A DNA stretch of 40,828 bases from Candidatus Micrarchaeia archaeon. Its GTDB lineage: Archaea > Micrarchaeota > Micrarchaeia > CABMEP01. The notes under the pieces are model-generated. The model was not told the DNA's origin. It was given only the letters and a program-made list of their open reading frames with translations, and made no database searches. Position 1 is the first letter of the stretch. The number at the start of each line of letters is the position of its first letter. Shown here piece by piece: positions 36,819 through 40,828 of this stretch. Where the stretch lies: NCBI GenBank assembly GCA_038886535.1, contig JAVZXS010000006.1, forward strand, positions 1 to 40,828. Direction: 5' to 3'. The position numbers and the translations under genes are program-made.

Positions 36819-37384
36819 TACATTTTACTCTCTTGCAATTTGGTGAAAAACAGATTTTCAAGCAATCCCACAAGTTCGTATTGTTGGTCTAACAGTGCAA
36901 TTCTCTTGGCAAGGTCAATAGCAACTGCATCTGCGTATGTATCTGGTATTTCACTGTCATTTGCTGAAAGATTACCAGAGTTGTATCTAAATTCAAGTTT
37001 CAGTGTTCCATAAAGATAAGCTGAAGTATCTTTATTAGGAGTAGGATAAAAAGTAATAACCTTTGGTGGTATGAAGTTGTAATAGCATGGTGTTCCTTTC
37101 ATAGCATCTTTAAACACAAAATCTCCTGTGGCAATATGAAATAGCTCCTGCATTAGGTTATTCTCTTTAATAGCAACTCTGAATAATCTTTCAAATGGTT
37201 TTTGGAGAGTATAGCTCGGGTAATCTTTTAATACCTGAATACTATACTCTCCATAGTTTGCATTTGTAAGCCTGTTAACTCTATCTCTCGCTAAATTTAA
37301 ATAGGAAGCTAACGCCTCAGCAGGAGTAAACATCTCCACGCTATAATATGTTTTTGCAAGGCTTATGTAGTCGCTTCCTGTCAT
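36818..37384 (-). CDS. Putative head-tail adaptor
   Basis: YLNLARDRV, GTPCYY, ITFYPTP and IPDTYADAV motifs; synteny. Confidence 0.65.
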   Translation of the reverse strand: MTGSDYISLAKTYYSVEMFTPAEALASYLNLARDRVNRLTNANYGEYSIQVLKDYPSYTLQKPFERLFRVAIKENNLMQELFHIATGDFVFKDAMKGTPCYYNFIPPKVITFYPTPNKDTSAYLYGTLKLEFRYNSGNLSANDSEIPDTYADAVAIDLAKRIALLDQQYELVGLLENLFFTKLQESKM

Positions 37385-37680
37385 TTCCTCGCCTTCTTTT
37401 TAATTTCTTCAATTGCTTTTTTACCTATGTGGAACTTTAAGATTATATTGTCCCAGATATCCTTATTAGTCATCACAGCAATATCAGGATTGCAAGCCTT
37501 TACCCTTGATATGATTATGTCTATCATATCTGCTATTTGAGCTTTGTCAAGCCCATAGCCAAGGTAAAGGCTTGCTACCATGTCGGGTATATCAGCTTCC
37601 TCTCCATTCTTAATTACATACTGCACACCACCATATACAAACCGAATATCTCTACCTGTCTCATTCACTACAATCGCCAT
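37381..37680 (-). CDS. Hypothetical head-associated protein
   Basis: GGAGG SD; downstream of the capsid gene. Confidence 0.6.
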   Translation of the reverse strand: MAIVVNETGRDIRFVYGGVQYVIKNGEEADIPDMVASLYLGYGLDKAQIADMIDIIISRVKACNPDIAVMTNKDIWDNIILKFHIGKKAIEEIKKKARK

Positions 37681-37694
37681 AACTACCTCCGCTA

Positions 37695-38774
37695 TTATAT
37701 TACTGATACTGCTGGGAAGCTCGTAACCTTAAAGCATGATACTGGTGCATCGCATACAAGTTGTCCACCAAACTTTAACGCACTTAAGAAAGCAAGTCTT
37801 CCAATGATTGTGGTATCATACCAAGGAGTTACAGTTACCATATAGCCATCGGCAAACTCAAATCTTAAGTGGTCAAAGTTGATGAAATATATTGTGTTAT
37901 CTGTAATATATGGGTCTGGGAATATAGCACATCCATTAACAACAACACCTGTTACTTCGTATTCTCTAATGGTGTCAATTTTAGCAGTATCAGCAATGAT
38001 ATACTTTTCAACAGATGTAAAGCTCTCAATTATCTTTTGCCAACATCCATAGGAAGTAAAGGCTATATTAGGTAATCCCATTGTTGAAGCGTCTTTGTTA
38101 AATTTAGCTAATGCTCTCATGACAAGAACATAAGCCGCTGGTGCATCATTAGTGGTGTCATACCCCAAATCAGTTGCCGCATCATATACTTTAGAGTTCC
38201 ACCAAGAGTATGTGCTTCTGTTAATGTTGCCATATGTAGCATTTACTGTTCCATTGTCAATTATGTCTTTGATACCATAAAACTTTGTAGTATTTTCAGT
38301 TCCAGATACTCTTGTTCCAAGTAGGTCTGTCGCAACTGTATTCATAAGGTCAAGCCATGTTCTTGAAGCCATTGCGGCAACATTGTCAACGAGCATATTA
38401 GGATTACCAGAGTTGTAAGCCTGAACCTCAAAGTCTGTTACATAGAGAGTTGTAAGGTAAAGGTTCGCATAAAGGGTCATCATTTGTGTAAAGTCTCTGT
38501 CAATATCAGTAGGAACATTGAACTGCATATTGTAATCCAATCTTTGCACTCTGTTTGGGATAGTGCCTGTTACAGGTTGAGATACAAATGGAAAACCAAT
38601 AGGTCTTGATGTGCTATCTGCTAATAGTTTTCTTGTAAATGGTGAAAGTTTGCCGATATTCTGAGCAACTATGTAGTTAGGAATACCTCTTGATAAGGTA
38701 TTAAGAAAATCAGTTGCTCCTGCCGCAGATGTTCTGTAAATACCATAAGGTGTTCCATAGTTAAAACTTGCCAT
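37695..38774 (-). CDS. Major capsid protein
   Basis: 359 aa; FYGIKDII..TYGNINRSTYSWW and IFPDPYI...IYFINFDHL; follows a scaffold-like gene. Confidence 0.8.
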   Translation of the reverse strand: MASFNYGTPYGIYRTSAAGATDFLNTLSRGIPNYIVAQNIGKLSPFTRKLLADSTSRPIGFPFVSQPVTGTIPNRVQRLDYNMQFNVPTDIDRDFTQMMTLYANLYLTTLYVTDFEVQAYNSGNPNMLVDNVAAMASRTWLDLMNTVATDLLGTRVSGTENTTKFYGIKDIIDNGTVNATYGNINRSTYSWWNSKVYDAATDLGYDTTNDAPAAYVLVMRALAKFNKDASTMGLPNIAFTSYGCWQKIIESFTSVEKYIIADTAKIDTIREYEVTGVVVNGCAIFPDPYITDNTIYFINFDHLRFEFADGYMVTVTPWYDTTIIGRLAFLSALKFGGQLVCDAPVSCFKVTSFPAVSVI

Positions 38775-38776
38775 AC

Positions 38777-39346
38777 TTATCTACCTCCTTTTAATGCTTG
38801 TTCTGCAAGCCTATAAAAGGCTTGTTTTGGATTTTTAATGTAATCTTCTGCTTTCAGTGTTGATTGAAAGATGTTGTCATTAGCTCCTATAAATGTAGGA
38901 GAAGCTACTTTGTTGCGCTTGTAATTCTGAAATACAAGCTCCCATCCTTCAAGAGAAGTTGGCATTAATTTAGTTTCGTTTATAAACTCTTTTACTTGTG
39001 GTAATTCTTCTTCCTTAATGCCATACTTCTCCATCATAAGTCTAAACTGTTCCTCATATTGTCTTGCTTGCTCTTTTGCTTTTTCTTCCTTGAGCTTCTC
39101 AAGTTCAGATTTTACAGAGCTTATTTCTTCTTTGGCTACCTTTTCATAAACAGGGTCTTCAATTTCCATGCCCGCAATAGATACAATCTCTTTTAGAGCC
39201 TGCCTTTTCTTGGGGTCAAGGTAAGCCTTCTGAATAATGTCATTAATCTGTTTCTTTTCTTCTCTTTCTTTTGCGAGGCTTTCCTCAAGCTCTCTTATCT
39301 TTTGTTCGTAGAGCTTAAGTTTCTCCTCATAATCATCCCAAGCCAT
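38777..39346 (-). CDS. Putative capsid scaffolding protein
   Basis: Charged coiled-coil immediately upstream of the capsid gene. Confidence 0.65.
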   Translation of the reverse strand: MAWDDYEEKLKLYEQKIRELEESLAKEREEKKQINDIIQKAYLDPKKRQALKEIVSIAGMEIEDPVYEKVAKEEISSVKSELEKLKEEKAKEQARQYEEQFRLMMEKYGIKEEELPQVKEFINETKLMPTSLEGWELVFQNYKRNKVASPTFIGANDNIFQSTLKAEDYIKNPKQAFYRLAEQALKGGR

Positions 39347-39390
39347 TATTTACCTCCTTTTTTTCCTTTGCATTTACCCTTTTTTGCCAT
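39346..39390 (-). CDS. 14-aa lysine-rich mini-ORF
   Basis: MAKKGKCKGKKGGK*; own GGAGG SD; TAATG overlaps at both ends. Confidence 0.5.
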   Translation of the reverse strand: MAKKGKCKGKKGGK

Positions 39391-39545
39391 TATTTGCCTC
39401 CTTTCTTTCCTTTTTTGTTAAGTTTGTTTGCTACTTTCGGATTAAAGCCAATCTCAGGATTTCTGTCAAGGTTCACGAGAGTATCCTTTGCCCCCGTAAT
39501 AGTAACATGTGGTTGTGTTTTTCTTTTGCCTTGCTTGTTAATCAT
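39390..39545 (-). CDS. Small basic 51-aa protein
   Basis: Manual translation MINKQGKRKTQPHVTITGAKD...KKGKKGGK*; AGGAGGTG SD. Confidence 0.6.
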   Translation of the reverse strand: MINKQGKRKTQPHVTITGAKDTLVNLDRNPEIGFNPKVANKLNKKGKKGGK

Positions 39546-39584
39546 GCTAACACCTCCTTTTGTTTTACCCTTCTAATGAAGGGA

Positions 39585-40667
39585 TTATGGTATAAGTTCA
39601 TATATCCTCGTATCAACATCTTCTTCTTCATTAATATTAGCATTTATTGATTTGCCTGTATATATATCTGTATTAATGTTTTTGCTGTCTCGTGGTGTAA
39701 CTCCTATTTGTTTACCGCTAAACACATCAACACTTAAATCTCTACCACCATAAACATCAATACTTATGCCTCTTTCCTTAATATAAAATAATAATATTTT
39801 GTCACCAAATGATAGTTCTGATACAGAATAAATATCTGTAATAGAGCTATATATTGCAGAGCATAAAGCATCAAGTTGCGATTGTGATGTAATGTCAACA
39901 GAGGCAAGTTTTTCTTTTAATGCAGATATAGAAAGTTCTGACTGTGATGTAATAGCAACTTCAATTTCAACTTGTTGAGTTGTTACTTCCGCACTAGCAG
40001 AAAGTTCTGATTGAGATGCTATAGCAATTGATGTAATTCTTTCTCCTACTGCAGTTACTTGTAGTTGAGATTGAGAAGAAATGTTTAATTGAGCGTTTTT
40101 GATAACTTGAACAGTAGCAGTTAAAGATGTTTCTGAAGCAATTGATGTTGCTCCATTTCTTATAACTTGAGCATTTATACTTAATGATGATTGAGATTGT
40201 ATAGGAACAGTAGCTACTTTTTCAATTATTGCACTACATGTTGCTTGAGATTGAGAGGCTATATTAACAGATGTTTCTAAAACTTTTACAGCAGTAACAG
40301 ATAATTGAGATTGAGAAGCAACTGTTAATGATGCTTGGGTTATCTTTTGAGCAGATGCTGTTAATGTAGAAGTAGATGTAATACTGCAACTTGCTTCTAA
40401 TATTCTATTTGCTGTTACTTGTAATTGAGATGTAGATTGTATATTTACCGATGCTCTTTTTTCTATTAAAGCACTAACTTGTAATTGAGATTGAGAGCTT
40501 ATGCTACATGATGCGGTAACTATATTTCCACTTATAACTGTCTCTATCGGTAAAGAACAATAATCTTGCCACTCCTCATTAAATAGATTTGGCATTTTTG
40601 CGGAGTAGCAGTTTGTTATTGCATAGTTACCATAAAATGTAGCATAAAATGTTTGTAAATTATACAC
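39585..40667 (-). CDS. Repeat-rich fibre-like structural protein
   Basis: About 12 tandem 20-aa repeats of consensus ASxxIxSQSQLxxxAxxxxx. Confidence 0.75.
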   Translation of the reverse strand: MYNLQTFYATFYGNYAITNCYSAKMPNLFNEEWQDYCSLPIETVISGNIVTASCSISSQSQLQVSALIEKRASVNIQSTSQLQVTANRILEASCSITSTSTLTASAQKITQASLTVASQSQLSVTAVKVLETSVNIASQSQATCSAIIEKVATVPIQSQSSLSINAQVIRNGATSIASETSLTATVQVIKNAQLNISSQSQLQVTAVGERITSIAIASQSELSASAEVTTQQVEIEVAITSQSELSISALKEKLASVDITSQSQLDALCSAIYSSITDIYSVSELSFGDKILLFYIKERGISIDVYGGRDLSVDVFSGKQIGVTPRDSKNINTDIYTGKSINANINEEEDVDTRIYELIP

Positions 40668-40673
40668 TATTCA

Positions 40674-40828
40674 CTACCCCGATACTGTTTTTATAAAATA
40701 AGTTTGCACACCTGTTGATGTAGAAGATGTCAAAACAAATACAGTTAAACAACCTATATTGCCATTACTATCTGTAACTAATTCTATTACACTCTGATAT
40801 ACTGACTGTGGTGGCATTTCTACAAATG
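40674..40828 (-). CDS. 3' end of the junction-spanning structural gene starting at 1049
   Basis: In frame with 1-1049; TAG at 40674-40676. Confidence 0.75.
   Translation of the reverse strand, partial: FVEMPPQSVYQSVIELVTDSNGNIGCLTVFVLTSSTSTGVQTYFIKTVSG
40702..40828. repeat. Terminal direct repeat, copy 2
   Basis: Identical to 1-127. Confidence 0.95.

Noticed and set aside
24035..39650. Many short + strand ORFs opposite the late genes (also 158-379, 867-1064, 4900-5262, 12018-12644)
   Set aside because: Antisense shadows of long, SD-bearing, translationally coupled genes; no motifs.

Overview
This window is an apparently complete circular 40,701-bp tailed-phage genome; bases 1-127 are repeated exactly at 40702-40828, and one gene reads across the junction. 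It looks podovirus-like: no tape-measure, integrase, CI-type repressor or DNA polymerase is recognisable. It has four blocks. (i) An early + strand operon (7676-10584), driven by a leaderless sigma70-type promoter, that includes a Csx20/Csx15-like putative ring nuclease. (ii) A - strand replication module (AbrB-like regulator, CHC2 zinc finger, RepA/AAA_25 helicase) pointing at an iteron-rich origin-like region. (iii) A + strand middle operon (single-strand annealing protein, Cas4-like nuclease, degenerate mini ABC ATPase, Holliday junction resolvase). (iv) A ~27-kb - strand morphogenesis block that starts near the portal and ends with terL, containing a 2,739-aa polyvalent virion protein. The standout lies at the end of block iii: a nuclease-less Nop/IS110-like RNA-binding protein (17736-18569) immediately followed by ~24 units of a 34-nt dual-repeat array (AGCGAGCCA-N9-AGCAACA-N9). 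This is the architecture of a TIGR-Tas (TasA-type) RNA-guided DNA-targeting system, and it is followed by a catalytically degenerate UvrD-like helicase. All family calls are by eye from motifs; no database searches were run.
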